Of a stretch of 64,000 nucleotides of DNA, positions 37,407-47,254 are shown piece by piece. Under the pieces are notes generated by a model. That model did not search any database and was not told where the DNA came from. It was given only the letters and a program-made list of their open reading frames with translations. Made by a program: the position numbers and the translations under genes. Numbering within the stretch: the first letter of the stretch is position 1; every line of letters starts with the position of its first letter. The stretch comes from Ignavibacteriota bacterium (GTDB lineage: Bacteria; Bacteroidota; Ignavibacteria; UBA10030; UBA6906), in the NCBI GenBank assembly GCA_963801355.1, contig CAWDEM010000008.1, positions 608,001-672,000 of the forward strand, read 5' to 3'.

Positions 37407-38126
37407 ATGAAACTCGACGTGCTGGCCATAGGCGCGCATCCGGATGACGTGGAGCTTTCCTGCGGGGGAACCGTAGCGAAGCTGGTCCACCAGGGTCACC
37501 GTGTCGGCCTGGTGGACCTCACCGAGGGGGAGATGGGCACGCGCGGTTCCCGAGAAATTCGCTCGGCGGAAGCAGCGGAAGCCGGACGTATACTCGGGAT
37601 AGCGGGCCGCGACACGCTGCGGATTCCGGACGCCGGCATCGAGATCACGCGGGACAACATCCTCGCGCTCGTCCGCCTCATTCGTCATCATCAGCCCGAC
37701 GTGCTGCTTATCCCTCACTCCGTCGACCGGCATCCGGACCACGAACATGCGCACATCCTTGCCCGGGAAGCATGGTTCTATGCCGGCCTCCGGAAGATCG
37801 AAACGGAGTTCGAAGGCAAACCCCAGGAATCGCACCGTCCCCGCTCCTACTACCACTTCATGCAATGGTTTGAGTTCGTCCCCTCGTTCATCGTCGACAT
37901 CACCGAAACATTTGATGTGCGCATCGAAGCCATGCGGGCGTTCCGATCGCAGTTCTACGATCCCTTCAGCAACGAGCCGGGAACGATCCTCAGCACTCCG
38001 GAGTTCCTGGAGTCAATCCGCACAAGGGCGGAGTATTACGGCGACAAGATAGGCGTGAAGTACGCTGAGGCATTTTTCTCGCCGGCGCAGATACCCGTTC
38101 CCGATCTTTTCACCCTGCACCGATAA
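37407..38126 (+). CDS. bshB1: Bacillithiol biosynthesis deacetylase (PIG-L family)
   Basis: AHPDDVEL, DLTEGEMGTRG and DRHPDH. Upstream TTGAAA-N17-TATATT at 37370-37398. Confidence 0.85.
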   Translation: MKLDVLAIGAHPDDVELSCGGTVAKLVHQGHRVGLVDLTEGEMGTRGSREIRSAEAAEAGRILGIAGRDTLRIPDAGIEITRDNILALVRLIRHHQPDVLLIPHSVDRHPDHEHAHILAREAWFYAGLRKIETEFEGKPQESHRPRSYYHFMQWFEFVPSFIVDITETFDVRIEAMRAFRSQFYDPFSNEPGTILSTPEFLESIRTRAEYYGDKIGVKYAEAFFSPAQIPVPDLFTLHR

Positions 38127-38127
38127 C

Positions 38128-38562
38128 ATGCACTTACTCCATCCCGTCCTGGTACATTTTCCCATCGCTTTGCTGGTGATCAGCGTCGTCTTTGAACTGG
38201 CAGCATGGTTCACGCGGAAGTCTCACCTCTCCCTGGTTGGTTGGTGGCTGCAGCTGATCGGCACTGTAGGAGTGATCGCGGCGACACTCAGCGGTGTGGT
38301 CGCGGAAGCTGCAGTGGGAGTCGCCCTGTTGCGGGCAGCGGACACGTTTGCATTGCACGAGCAGCTGGCGTTCGTGACCTGCATCGTGTTCGCCGTGTTG
38401 CTGTTCTTCCGGCTGTCATCACACCGGGCCCTTCCGGCGGGTTGGCCACGTCTCTATCTTGCCGCCCTCACCGGCGGTGTCGTCCTGCTGTTGCTCACCG
38501 GCTGGTTCGGCGGCGAACTCGTGTTCTCGTACGGCATCGGCGTCTCTTTTCCTTCGCGCTGA
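38128..38562 (+). CDS. DUF2231-like membrane protein
   Basis: HPVLVHFPIAL and TGWFGGELVF. Confidence 0.8.
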   Translation: MHLLHPVLVHFPIALLVISVVFELAAWFTRKSHLSLVGWWLQLIGTVGVIAATLSGVVAEAAVGVALLRAADTFALHEQLAFVTCIVFAVLLFFRLSSHRALPAGWPRLYLAALTGGVVLLLLTGWFGGELVFSYGIGVSFPSR

Positions 38563-40547
38563 TCCTCCGGTCCGGCTTGCCTCAGCGCGCCTTCGGGCGC
38601 GCGCCGGATGATCGTCATCAGGAAACCCAGCAGCAGAATGATGACGCCCGACCAGACGAGATTGATCAGAGGCTTAATGCTGGCCTCCACCACGAGCACA
38701 TCCGCTTTTGCCGGGGCGGTCGTTCCATTTCCCTTCAGAAGTGCCGGCTGCCCCGTCGCGTTCGCCTGATCAAGCGACAGCGGAGCGATATACAGATCGC
38801 GCAGGAGGAGATGAGCGATGTCAGGGTTACGCATCACGCCCTCGCTGTACCTGCTGAAGAACATCACGGGCTTGAGCATGATCGCCAGATTTTCCCGCTC
38901 GACGCGGACATCGAAGGCATACCGTTCTTTTTCGAATTCGTGGTACCCCTGATATGTCATCCGGAGGCCCAGCGCGTCCACGCTCTTTCCCAGCGGCAGC
39001 GCAACGGTTTGCTCCCGGTCGTACTCGGATGAGACGACAAACCCGAGGAGCATCATGCCGATGCCGATGTGCGCAACCGCTCCTCCCGCCAGCCGCAGGT
39101 TGGTCCGTGCGATTCTCCACCCCACCTGAACATTTGCCACGAGGCCGAACATGGCGGCGCCGAGGAGGACCAGCGTGAGCGGTTCCGTGGCCCCGAGGGC
39201 AACGGCAGCAGCGGCCGTCAGCAGGCCGCCGAGTGCCGGAGGCACAAGGGCCTGCAACAGTGAGCGTCTGTCGGATTTTGTCCACCAGAGAAGCTGTCCG
39301 AAACCTGTGAGGAGACCGATCGCTACGCCCAGCGGCATGACCGTCTGCACATAGTAGGAGATGTCCACCGCGCTCTTGCTGCCGTAGAAGATGCCGGTGA
39401 TCAACGGTGACGAGGTGCCAATGATCACCAGGACCGCGATGATGACCAGGGTTGCCGCTCCGAGGAACAGTGCGAATTCGCGCGACAGGTAGTGGTGCCG
39501 CGCCGGACGCCGCGGGAATTCCTTCCAACGGCGGGCGAAGAGGAACGCCGGCAGCCCGGTGGCAAGGATCAGCACGCCCACGAGCAGCCCGTATACCCAC
39601 ATCCCGGGGTCAACGAATGAGTGCACCGACGTGTCGCCGAGCACGCCGCTTCTCGTGAGGAAGGTGGAATACACGACGAGGATGAAGCAGAGGATGCCCA
39701 GGGCCAGGTTGGTGCGGACGAATGCGCCGCGCTTTCGCTGTGAGAGCGTCGTGTGGATCGCGGCGACGCCCACCAGCCAGGGGACCAGGGAAGAATTCTC
39801 CACGGGATCCCAGCCCCAGTAGCCGCCCCATCCGAGCGTTTCATAGGCCCAGACTCCGCCCATCATGATGCCGGTTCCGAGCACAAAGGTTCCGAACACC
39901 AGCCACGGCGTCGCCGCCTTGAACCACGAGTCGTAGTCGCGTTTCAACATTGCGGCGATCGCATACGCATACGGCACGCCCATGGCAGCAAAGCCGCTGA
40001 AAAGCACCTGGGGATGGATGACCATCCAGTAGTTCTGCAGTAGGGGGTTCAGTCCCCTGCCATCGGCCGGCATGAAACCCGCCCTGACATCTCCCGGGAA
40101 CGATTCCCAGACATAAAGAAACGGATTCTTCACAAGCAGCATGAGGAGAAGCATGAGCTCGATGCCGCCGAAGATGCTCATGACCTGAGCTTCGTACCCA
40201 TGGCGGGCCGCATGCCTGAGAAGCACCACGCCGATGATCGCGGTGTAGAACGCCCAGAGCAAGAAGCTTCCTTCCTGGCCGGCGTAGAAAGTGGAGATCA
40301 GGAGCGGCGTGGGGAGATCGCGGGAGCTGTAGCTCCAGATGTACGTGTACTGGAATTGATGCGTGAGGATGAGATACAGGAGGGTTGCAGCGGTCAGCAC
40401 CACTGCGGCGAGTGCAGTGACAAAGCCGAGGCGGCCGAGAGTGAGAGAAAGCGGTGTGCCCCGCAGGTGGTGGCGCACGTAGGCGAGGACACTGACAGCG
40501 CAGGCAACGAACGCCAGCTTGACCAGCAACCCGCCAATCATAAGCAC
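38454..40547 (-). CDS. ccmF: Cytochrome c heme lyase
   Basis: GQEGS, GLNPLLQN, WGGYWGWDPVEN, TFLTRSG and SVHSF. Confidence 0.93.
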   Translation of the reverse strand: MLMIGGLLVKLAFVACAVSVLAYVRHHLRGTPLSLTLGRLGFVTALAAVVLTAATLLYLILTHQFQYTYIWSYSSRDLPTPLLISTFYAGQEGSFLLWAFYTAIIGVVLLRHAARHGYEAQVMSIFGGIELMLLLMLLVKNPFLYVWESFPGDVRAGFMPADGRGLNPLLQNYWMVIHPQVLFSGFAAMGVPYAYAIAAMLKRDYDSWFKAATPWLVFGTFVLGTGIMMGGVWAYETLGWGGYWGWDPVENSSLVPWLVGVAAIHTTLSQRKRGAFVRTNLALGILCFILVVYSTFLTRSGVLGDTSVHSFVDPGMWVYGLLVGVLILATGLPAFLFARRWKEFPRRPARHHYLSREFALFLGAATLVIIAVLVIIGTSSPLITGIFYGSKSAVDISYYVQTVMPLGVAIGLLTGFGQLLWWTKSDRRSLLQALVPPALGGLLTAAAAVALGATEPLTLVLLGAAMFGLVANVQVGWRIARTNLRLAGGAVAHIGIGMMLLGFVVSSEYDREQTVALPLGKSVDALGLRMTYQGYHEFEKERYAFDVRVERENLAIMLKPVMFFSRYSEGVMRNPDIAHLLLRDLYIAPLSLDQANATGQPALLKGNGTTAPAKADVLVVEASIKPLINLVWSGVIILLLGFLMTIIRRAPEGALRQAGPEDQREGKETPMPYENTSSPPNQPVSNSRTTPPVRAAR

Positions 40548-40582
40548 TCCTGTGGTGGAAAGAACAGTAGATCACTTCGACG

Positions 40583-40629
40583 CGGAGATTGCTTCGCTCG
40601 CTCCTCACGGAGCTCGCTCGCAATGACAG
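40583..40629. repeat. REP-like palindrome
   Basis: gagattgcttcgctcgctcctcacggagctcgctcgcaatgac, an intergenic nested hairpin. Confidence 0.6.
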
Positions 40630-40639
40630 CTGCCTGCCC

Positions 40640-41035
40640 CTACGACTGTGGCTTGACTACTTCGCTTCCTTTTGCCTCGTACTTGGACGGGCACTTCGTG
40701 AGCAGTTCGTTTGCGTGGAAGTAGCCTTCCTTGGTGAACTTCCCTTTGGCAACCACACTCGTGGCGAGTTCAAAATTGTTCGGGGCGGCGCCTTCGAGGA
40801 TTACCTGGCACTCCTTCCCGTTATCATCCACGAGGTAGAACGAAAACTGGCCAGTGGTTGGATTGAACGAGGATTCACGTTGTCTGTTCCAGGTTCCTTT
40901 CAGCTGCACCTTCTTCCCTTTGGCCATGGCGCCGGCGATATCCGTGTATTCCACGTTGGTGTCGAGGAACGAATAGGCGCCGAAGACGATAAAGACCAGT
41001 ATAATAATTGCGCCGACGATGGTTTTTGCGTTCAT
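40640..41035 (-). CDS. ccmE: Heme chaperone, CxxxY variant
   Basis: LLTKCPSKY motif and N-terminal membrane anchor. Confidence 0.93.
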   Translation of the reverse strand: MNAKTIVGAIIILVFIVFGAYSFLDTNVEYTDIAGAMAKGKKVQLKGTWNRQRESSFNPTTGQFSFYLVDDNGKECQVILEGAAPNNFELATSVVAKGKFTKEGYFHANELLTKCPSKYEAKGSEVVKPQS

Positions 41036-41051
41036 GTCCGGGTCTCTCCCT

Positions 41052-41192
41052 TCACTTCCCTTCCTGGTGCATATCGCGTTCCAGTTTTTTTAATCGCCCG
41101 TCGAGCCGGAACAGATAAAGATAGACGCCGAGCCAGATGCCGACCGCAATGATCAGCACGATGTAGAGTTGGTTCTGGGCCAGAAAATCCAC
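41052..41192 (-). CDS. ccmD: CcmD-family small membrane protein (46 aa, not in the ORF track)
   Basis: Manual translation MDFLAQNQLYIVLIIAVGIWLGVYLYLFRLDGRLKKLERDMHQEGK, located between ccmC and ccmE. Confidence 0.85.
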   Translation of the reverse strand: MDFLAQNQLYIVLIIAVGIWLGVYLYLFRLDGRLKKLERDMHQEGK

Positions 41193-41194
41193 TG

Positions 41195-41893
41195 CTATCC
41201 TTTCGACTGGTGGTGATACTCGAGCCGCGCCGTCCGCACGCGTAACGACAGCATCCAGATAAAGAGAAGTGTAAACGCGATGAGGGACGAGAAAAAGACG
41301 ACGCGCATATTCGGCGACATCTTGAATTCAATCACCGGACCGGCGCCGTCGGGATCTCCCGCAGCGCCCGGGTGGAGGCCGGTCATGATACGGGGCATAA
41401 TAAAGATGAAGAACGGGACGGTGACGGCCGCGAGAATGGAGTAGACGGATGAGAGCGTGGCTCTCTTTTCCTCGATTTCCACCGCAGAGCGAAGCGAGAA
41501 GTACGCGCCGTAAATAAGGAGGAGCACAAAGATCGACGTTTCCCGGGGATCCCAATTCCAGAAGGAGCCCCAGTTGAATTTCGCCCACACGGCCCCGGTC
41601 ACCGTCGCGAGCACGCAGAAGAGCAATCCGAGTCCGGCGGCCGACGCAGACGTCAGGTCATCCACCGGATCCTTCCGGCGCAGGTAGCGGATACCGAACA
41701 CCATGCTGGTGAGAAACGCCACGACGCTGAGCCAGGCAGTCGGCACGTGGAAGAAGATGATCCTGGCCTTTTCTTCGAGGCCCGGGATCGAGGGAAACTC
41801 GTACCAGTGCTGCGGCTGCTGCACGATGGGCAGTCCGAGCGCGGCGACAATCACCAGGGTCAGCAGAATACCGAGCACGATCCGCATGGTCAT
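41195..41893 (-). CDS. ccmC: Heme exporter protein C
   Basis: FFHVP and WWD motif WGSFWNWDPRET. Confidence 0.93.
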   Translation of the reverse strand: MTMRIVLGILLTLVIVAALGLPIVQQPQHWYEFPSIPGLEEKARIIFFHVPTAWLSVVAFLTSMVFGIRYLRRKDPVDDLTSASAAGLGLLFCVLATVTGAVWAKFNWGSFWNWDPRETSIFVLLLIYGAYFSLRSAVEIEEKRATLSSVYSILAAVTVPFFIFIMPRIMTGLHPGAAGDPDGAGPVIEFKMSPNMRVVFFSSLIAFTLLFIWMLSLRVRTARLEYHHQSKG

Positions 41894-41897
41894 GCGG

Positions 41898-42593
41898 TCA
41901 GTCTTTCCATATGTAGTCAAAAAGCATCGTCGATGCGGTAATAACGACCACAATATACGAAATCAGGACCTGAAATTCACCCGCCGCTTCGCCGAACGGA
42001 GCACCATCGGCGGCGAGCCGCGTGGCGTTGATAACGGTCAGCAACAGGGGCAGCAGAATAGGAAACGATAAAACGGGGTACAACGTTCCCTTGGTATTGG
42101 CGCGCGCAATGATGGCGGCGATGATCGTCGACGCGGCGGCCAGGCCGATGCTCCCGAGGGCGATCGTGACAAGAAAGATGCTCAGTGTGCGGACGACGAA
42201 TCCATTGATGAAAAGCGCATAGAGCGCGACGGTCAGGAGGGTCAGGCCAGCGCCGAGTGCAAGATTAAAAAGCAGTTTGCCTGCAAAGACCGCGCCCGGC
42301 GGTGTCATCAATTGCAGCGTCATGCCTGTGCCCCGCTCTTCCTCCATGACAAATGTTCTGGAAAGTCCGGACATCGCCGCGAAGAAAATCACCACCCAGA
42401 GCATACCCGCGAGCACTTCAGGAGAGGCACCTTCCCCTCCCAGCGAGAAGAGGATGATCGCGATGGTGGTCACCACAAACATCACAAGCGCGCTCATCGC
42501 ATAACGCGTGCGCAACTCCGAGCGCCAGTCCTTGAGGAACACGGCAAGTGCGGCACGGATCCAGCGGGCGGCCACCGGTTCACGGGCGCTCAT
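41898..42593 (-). CDS. ccmB: Heme exporter protein B
   Basis: KDWRSELR, EEERGT and L.FPILLPLL. Confidence 0.9.
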   Translation of the reverse strand: MSAREPVAARWIRAALAVFLKDWRSELRTRYAMSALVMFVVTTIAIILFSLGGEGASPEVLAGMLWVVIFFAAMSGLSRTFVMEEERGTGMTLQLMTPPGAVFAGKLLFNLALGAGLTLLTVALYALFINGFVVRTLSIFLVTIALGSIGLAAASTIIAAIIARANTKGTLYPVLSFPILLPLLLTVINATRLAADGAPFGEAAGEFQVLISYIVVVITASTMLFDYIWKD

Positions 42594-43203
42594 TGAGATC
42601 CACCTTTCGCTCATGGATATCGATGTCTGCCGGATCATTCGTTGCGACGACCAGGATGCCGCGTGAGCGCTGCTCGCTCATGATGGTCCGGACGATTGCC
42701 GTACCGTCCGCATCCAGGTTGGCCATGGGTTCGTCCAGGATGAGGATGCGCGGTTGATGCGCCAGGGCGAGTGCATACTTCAATCGTTGCTTCATGCCCG
42801 ATGAAAACCCGTGCACCGGGTCCGTGCGCTTCGGTTCAAGGACGACACGAGCGAGCAGCTGTGCGTAGGCGGCCCGGTCTCCGCGCTGGCCGCGCAATGA
42901 CGCGGCAAGCAGCATGTTCTCCATGGCGGAGAACTCATCGTAGACCTGCAGGTATGGAGCGACCAGGCCGAAGAGCGCCCTCCGGGAGAACTCGTCGAGC
43001 TTACCGGCACCGTCGACGACAACATGCCCCTTGGCTGGACTCAGCACGCCGCACAGGATCTTCACGAGTGTAGACTTCCCCGCCCCGTTCCTGCCTGTGA
43101 TCAGGAGCGTTTCTCCCTCGCCGACGTGGGTTTCGACATTGCGGAAAACAATCCTGCGGTTGAAGGACTTGCCCAGTCCGTGTGTGGAAAGTTCGAGGGC
43201 CAT
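42580..43203 (-). CDS. ccmA: Heme ABC exporter ATPase
   Basis: GRNGAGKST, FSSGMKQR and LDEP, plus operon context. Confidence 0.88.
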   Translation of the reverse strand: MALELSTHGLGKSFNRRIVFRNVETHVGEGETLLITGRNGAGKSTLVKILCGVLSPAKGHVVVDGAGKLDEFSRRALFGLVAPYLQVYDEFSAMENMLLAASLRGQRGDRAAYAQLLARVVLEPKRTDPVHGFSSGMKQRLKYALALAHQPRILILDEPMANLDADGTAIVRTIMSEQRSRGILVVATNDPADIDIHERKVDLNERP

Positions 43204-43206
43204 GGG

Positions 43207-44916
43207 TTACTCGCGGACCACCGGGATCTTGCCTGTGACTCTTCCCCCGGGCAGCTCGATCACAAACAGATAGACGCCTGTGGGGGCAAACGTCCCGTCG
43301 TTGGTGCGCCCATTCCAGGTAAACATTTGCCGGTCAAGGTGGGTGGTTGAAGAAATATCCGTCATGGAAGTCACCAGATCGGCAGATGCACTGAAGACGT
43401 ATAGCGAGCCCTTTTGCCGGTCCACTCCTTCCACCGGGATGTAGACGTAGGGCATGCGGCCCGGGTGAAATGGCACGGGGAAAGGGCGCTCGCTGGAGAA
43501 CGAGGATGGATCGTTATATGGCCGGACTGTGTCACCCAGGTAATACGTTGTCCAGAGGCTCATGTCCGCAACGTCCAGTTTGCTGTAGATACCGATGGGC
43601 GTGCTCTTATATGAATCGTCAACCCGCGTGGAGCGAAGGCGCAACGTGTAAGGGAGCAGCGGAATGGAAGCGAGGGTAGTTCCGCCGAGGTAGACGTTAC
43701 ACACCATCACCGTCATCGTGTCCGTGCCCCGTTCGACCTGCGCATAATGGGTGCCCAGGCTCCGTAACGATCCGGGCACATCGCGCGAGGCTCCAGTGAA
43801 TTCGAGAGGCGATTGGATGATCCGTGGGTAGTCGGCTGCGTCGGCATAATACGACCCGGATTTCGCGCGGGAGCCCGTGAAGTAGTTCCAGATTGACCAC
43901 TCGGCATATGCGCCGGCGAAATCCATGCCGTGTTCACGGAGTGCCTGGTCGATCGCCAGTTGGGGACGGAGGAGCCTTGTCTTTTCCCAGATTTCACGCA
44001 TCACATCAATGCCGAATCGTGCGCTGACATAGTGACCCCAGATGGCCCGGCTATACATGATCATGTCGCCCGAAGTGAAGGGGGTTTCGGGAGAGCGAAA
44101 GTGGCTCCAGACCGCGCTCAGGTAATTGTAGTAGTCATTCACTTCGGTGTAGACAACATCCTCCATCCACGTCGAGGTGATTTCATAGAAAAACGGGTCT
44201 TGGTCCCAGTAGCCGTAGTTCCCGATCTGGATTGCATGATGCAACTCATGGGCGATCGTCACTTTGAGTCCGGGTATGCCCCGGTTCTTGTCGGGCCGTA
44301 CGAACACAAAATCATTGTCGATGGTCATCGATGAGGCCGTGCGTCCGCCGGGAACGATCGATTCATCGGGGGTAGTATAGCCGTACATGGCACCGAGCTC
44401 CATCACATAGATATCGTACTCCGGGCCGCCTCCCAGAGAGCCGTCGCTGATCGGGGGTGGGTAGTGCAGGGTTCCGGTTTCCACCGGCACGACGTAGGAA
44501 AGGATCGCGATGATGGAGTCGACGCAGGCGCGGGCCGTTCCGGGTATGCGGTTGCCGCCGGGATCGAGGAGTGCGGGCGTATTGTTGCCGACGGTATCGT
44601 AGTGCACACGGAAAGAGCCGGCGAGCACGGAGGTCTGCAATTCGGGCCGGGCGAGGATGCGCGCCAGTGAGGTCCGATCCATCAGATTGCCTTGCGCATC
44701 CGGAGTCTGACTCCGCTGCATCGCCTCGTGGAGGGCATGGAGGATGATCGGGAAGCCACACTTGATCGGTTCTCCCTCGGGAGGGACCAGGTGTGCGGGG
44801 ATCGGAAGAGACGTCACGGGCATGAAGCGGGAAGGTTGTTCCTGGGCTGCACTCTGCACGCAGAGGGCCGACGCCGCGATGGCCATGGTGAGCATGGATT
44901 TCATGGGAGGAAGCAC
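43207..44916 (-). CDS. Secreted putative zinc metalloprotease with C-terminal FlgD/T9SS-like Ig domain
   Basis: Signal peptide, AHELHHAIQ...E and WNGRTNDGTFAPTGVYLF. Confidence 0.75.
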   Translation of the reverse strand: MLPPMKSMLTMAIAASALCVQSAAQEQPSRFMPVTSLPIPAHLVPPEGEPIKCGFPIILHALHEAMQRSQTPDAQGNLMDRTSLARILARPELQTSVLAGSFRVHYDTVGNNTPALLDPGGNRIPGTARACVDSIIAILSYVVPVETGTLHYPPPISDGSLGGGPEYDIYVMELGAMYGYTTPDESIVPGGRTASSMTIDNDFVFVRPDKNRGIPGLKVTIAHELHHAIQIGNYGYWDQDPFFYEITSTWMEDVVYTEVNDYYNYLSAVWSHFRSPETPFTSGDMIMYSRAIWGHYVSARFGIDVMREIWEKTRLLRPQLAIDQALREHGMDFAGAYAEWSIWNYFTGSRAKSGSYYADAADYPRIIQSPLEFTGASRDVPGSLRSLGTHYAQVERGTDTMTVMVCNVYLGGTTLASIPLLPYTLRLRSTRVDDSYKSTPIGIYSKLDVADMSLWTTYYLGDTVRPYNDPSSFSSERPFPVPFHPGRMPYVYIPVEGVDRQKGSLYVFSASADLVTSMTDISSTTHLDRQMFTWNGRTNDGTFAPTGVYLFVIELPGGRVTGKIPVVRE

Positions 44917-44931
44917 GGGCCGGGATTGGTG

Positions 44932-45408
44932 TTAGTGTGCCTGCCGGCGTCGCTTCAGTCGGATCGTGCGTCGCCGCAATGCTTCGGCAAACCGGCGCCG
45001 CTCATCCTTGGTCTCCGGTTCAACAGCCGGAACCTGTTGGGGAGTCCCGTCATTGTCAATAGCCACGAAGGTGAGATACGCGCTGTTGGCGCGGCGTTCG
45101 GGAAGCCCTGCCTTGCCGTGCGCGGTGACCTGGACGCCGACTTCCATGGAGGTGCGGAACGCACGGTTCACTGAAGCCAGCAGGGTCACCACCTCGCCGA
45201 GTTTCACCGGGTGATGGAAGCTCAACTCGTCCACCGACGCCGTGACGCACACCATGCCGCAGTGGCGCTGGGCGGCAATGGCGGCGACAACATCAATCCA
45301 GTGCATCAGCGTTCCGCCGAGCAGGTTTCCCAGCTGATTCGTGTCGTTAGGCAGAACGAGTTGCGTCGTTGTCACCTGCGACGCGCTGACCGGCTTTGCG
45401 CGGTTCAC
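44932..45408 (-). CDS. Acyl-CoA thioesterase (hotdog fold)
   Basis: PNDTNQLGNLLGG, VTASVD and TSMEVGV. Confidence 0.92.
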   Translation of the reverse strand: MNRAKPVSASQVTTTQLVLPNDTNQLGNLLGGTLMHWIDVVAAIAAQRHCGMVCVTASVDELSFHHPVKLGEVVTLLASVNRAFRTSMEVGVQVTAHGKAGLPERRANSAYLTFVAIDNDGTPQQVPAVEPETKDERRRFAEALRRRTIRLKRRRQAH

Positions 45409-46214
45409 ATTCCCATCCCCTTTCCTCCCTTCGCGGTGTCGCTCTTGACCGGGGGAGACGGCAGGTTCCGGTCAATCTCCGCTTTCAGCTCATCCATACG
45501 TCCGCGTAAAACGCTGTTCGGGTATTTATCGATGAACTTTGCGACTTCCGCAGATGCTTCTGTGTATTTGTTCCTACTCATCAGGAGCTCCACTTTGCCG
45601 ATGTACGCCAGCGGTGCATACTCGGTATCGTGGTATTTTTCGATCACGTCGTCGTAATAGAACATGGCCGACCGGTAATACTCCATCGTGTTATACAGGC
45701 GGGCGGTATCATATTGCTTCTTTGCCAGCCGGTTCGTCAGCTCATGGATCTTCGCATCGGCATCCGCTGCGTTCGGGTTTGCAGGGTAGTACTCCACAAA
45801 ACTCTGGAACTCATCAATGGCGTTGCGTGTATATTTCTGGTCCAGGGCAGCTTTCGGCGAGAGTTTGTAGTAACACAACGCGCTCTTGTACGTCGCGTCG
45901 GCGACACGCGTACTTGCGGGATAGTTGCGTTTTACGATGGAATACTCGAAGGCGGCAAGGAGGTACTCCCCCCTTTCGAAGCGGCACTCGCCGAGATAGT
46001 ACTGCGCATCGGGTGCAAGTGAGCTTCCCTGATACTGCAGCGTGATCACGGTAAACTCATTGATCGCCGGGAGATAGTCGCCGTTATCGAAGAGCGCCTT
46101 CGCATGGCTGAAACGGTCCTCCATGGACATGACCGTGGTGACATCGGCCGAGCCGCATCCACCGAGCACGAGAGCCGTAATGAGTATGAACCCCGAGACT
46201 ATTGACTTCGCCAT
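45405..46214 (-). CDS. bamD: Outer membrane protein assembly factor BamD
   Basis: Lipobox LGGC, TPR repeats and LDQKYT..AI.EFQ.FVEYYP. Confidence 0.9.
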   Translation of the reverse strand: MAKSIVSGFILITALVLGGCGSADVTTVMSMEDRFSHAKALFDNGDYLPAINEFTVITLQYQGSSLAPDAQYYLGECRFERGEYLLAAFEYSIVKRNYPASTRVADATYKSALCYYKLSPKAALDQKYTRNAIDEFQSFVEYYPANPNAADADAKIHELTNRLAKKQYDTARLYNTMEYYRSAMFYYDDVIEKYHDTEYAPLAYIGKVELLMSRNKYTEASAEVAKFIDKYPNSVLRGRMDELKAEIDRNLPSPPVKSDTAKGGKGMGM

Positions 46215-47251
46215 GAAAACCACTCCTCTGCTGCTCCCGTCGAAAGGTGCCTGACCCGTTCAAGGACGCGCGTGGCATTTGCGCCGGAAGGGAGAATCTC
46301 CGGCTGGTATCCGCAGCGCACCGGCAAGCACCGCAACACTTCAAGATGTCGGCCCGTCCCATCCTTCACCAGGCGGACTGCGAGGGCGAGTCCGTGGCGG
46401 GTCCAGAACTGGGATGGTTGTTCAAACACACAATTGCCCAGCGAATGGGCGATGACGGCACCATTCTCGCGCACAATACCGTGCGGAACGTGTGGATGAT
46501 GTCCCAATACCAGGTCAACTCCCGTCCTGACCGCCGCACGCGAAAAAGCAATTGTCCCCGCCGTCGGGCGGTCGGTGTATTCATCTCCACCGTGATAGCT
46601 CAGGATAAGGAAATCCACCGAATCCCGCCAGGCCCTGATGCGCGGGAAGAGACGGGCCGTGTCGGATGACACAACCAGCGTATCCCAGCGCGAGGGACGG
46701 ATGTTCATCAGACCCGAGCATGCAAAGAGCGCGAGCGTGATGCCGTTGACGGACAACCTGGCAGGTTCGTATGTCTCGCGGGCAGTTCTTCCGCTTCCCG
46801 CATGGAGGACACCTGCGGCATCCAGGTTTTCGAGTGTTTCGCGGACGGCTCGCGCGCCGTAGTCCAGCGCGTGATTGTTCGCCGTGGCAACAACAGTCAC
46901 GCCGCCCTTCCGGAGCGACCATGCACCCGATGGGGGGCCCGTGAAGACATAGTTACTGCCCGGACTCTCCGTCTCTCCGTTCTGGTCGGAAAGCGGAGAC
47001 TCCAGATTCGCGAAGACGACATCGTACGACGCGATGGTATCCGCCAGCTTCCGGAACGGGTGCAGCGTGTCCCCTCCCAGCAACTTCCGGCCGAGTGTGC
47101 GGCCGAGGTTCACGTCCCCGAAAGCAATCAGCTGTACTTCATTGCGATGCACGTCACGCGGAATTGGCGGGGCTGGTTCCTGGGACCCCGAAGCCGCGGG
47201 AAAAAGCGCCGCCGTCACAAGTATCCACCGCACCACCCCGGGCGTCTTCAC
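46199..47251 (-). CDS. CapA-family metallophosphoesterase
   Basis: GDV, NLESP, ANNHALDYG, GHHPHV and SLGN. Confidence 0.9.
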   Translation of the reverse strand: MKTPGVVRWILVTAALFPAASGSQEPAPPIPRDVHRNEVQLIAFGDVNLGRTLGRKLLGGDTLHPFRKLADTIASYDVVFANLESPLSDQNGETESPGSNYVFTGPPSGAWSLRKGGVTVVATANNHALDYGARAVRETLENLDAAGVLHAGSGRTARETYEPARLSVNGITLALFACSGLMNIRPSRWDTLVVSSDTARLFPRIRAWRDSVDFLILSYHGGDEYTDRPTAGTIAFSRAAVRTGVDLVLGHHPHVPHGIVRENGAVIAHSLGNCVFEQPSQFWTRHGLALAVRLVKDGTGRHLEVLRCLPVRCGYQPEILPSGANATRVLERVRHLSTGAAEEWFSWRSQ

Positions 47252-47254
47252 CTG

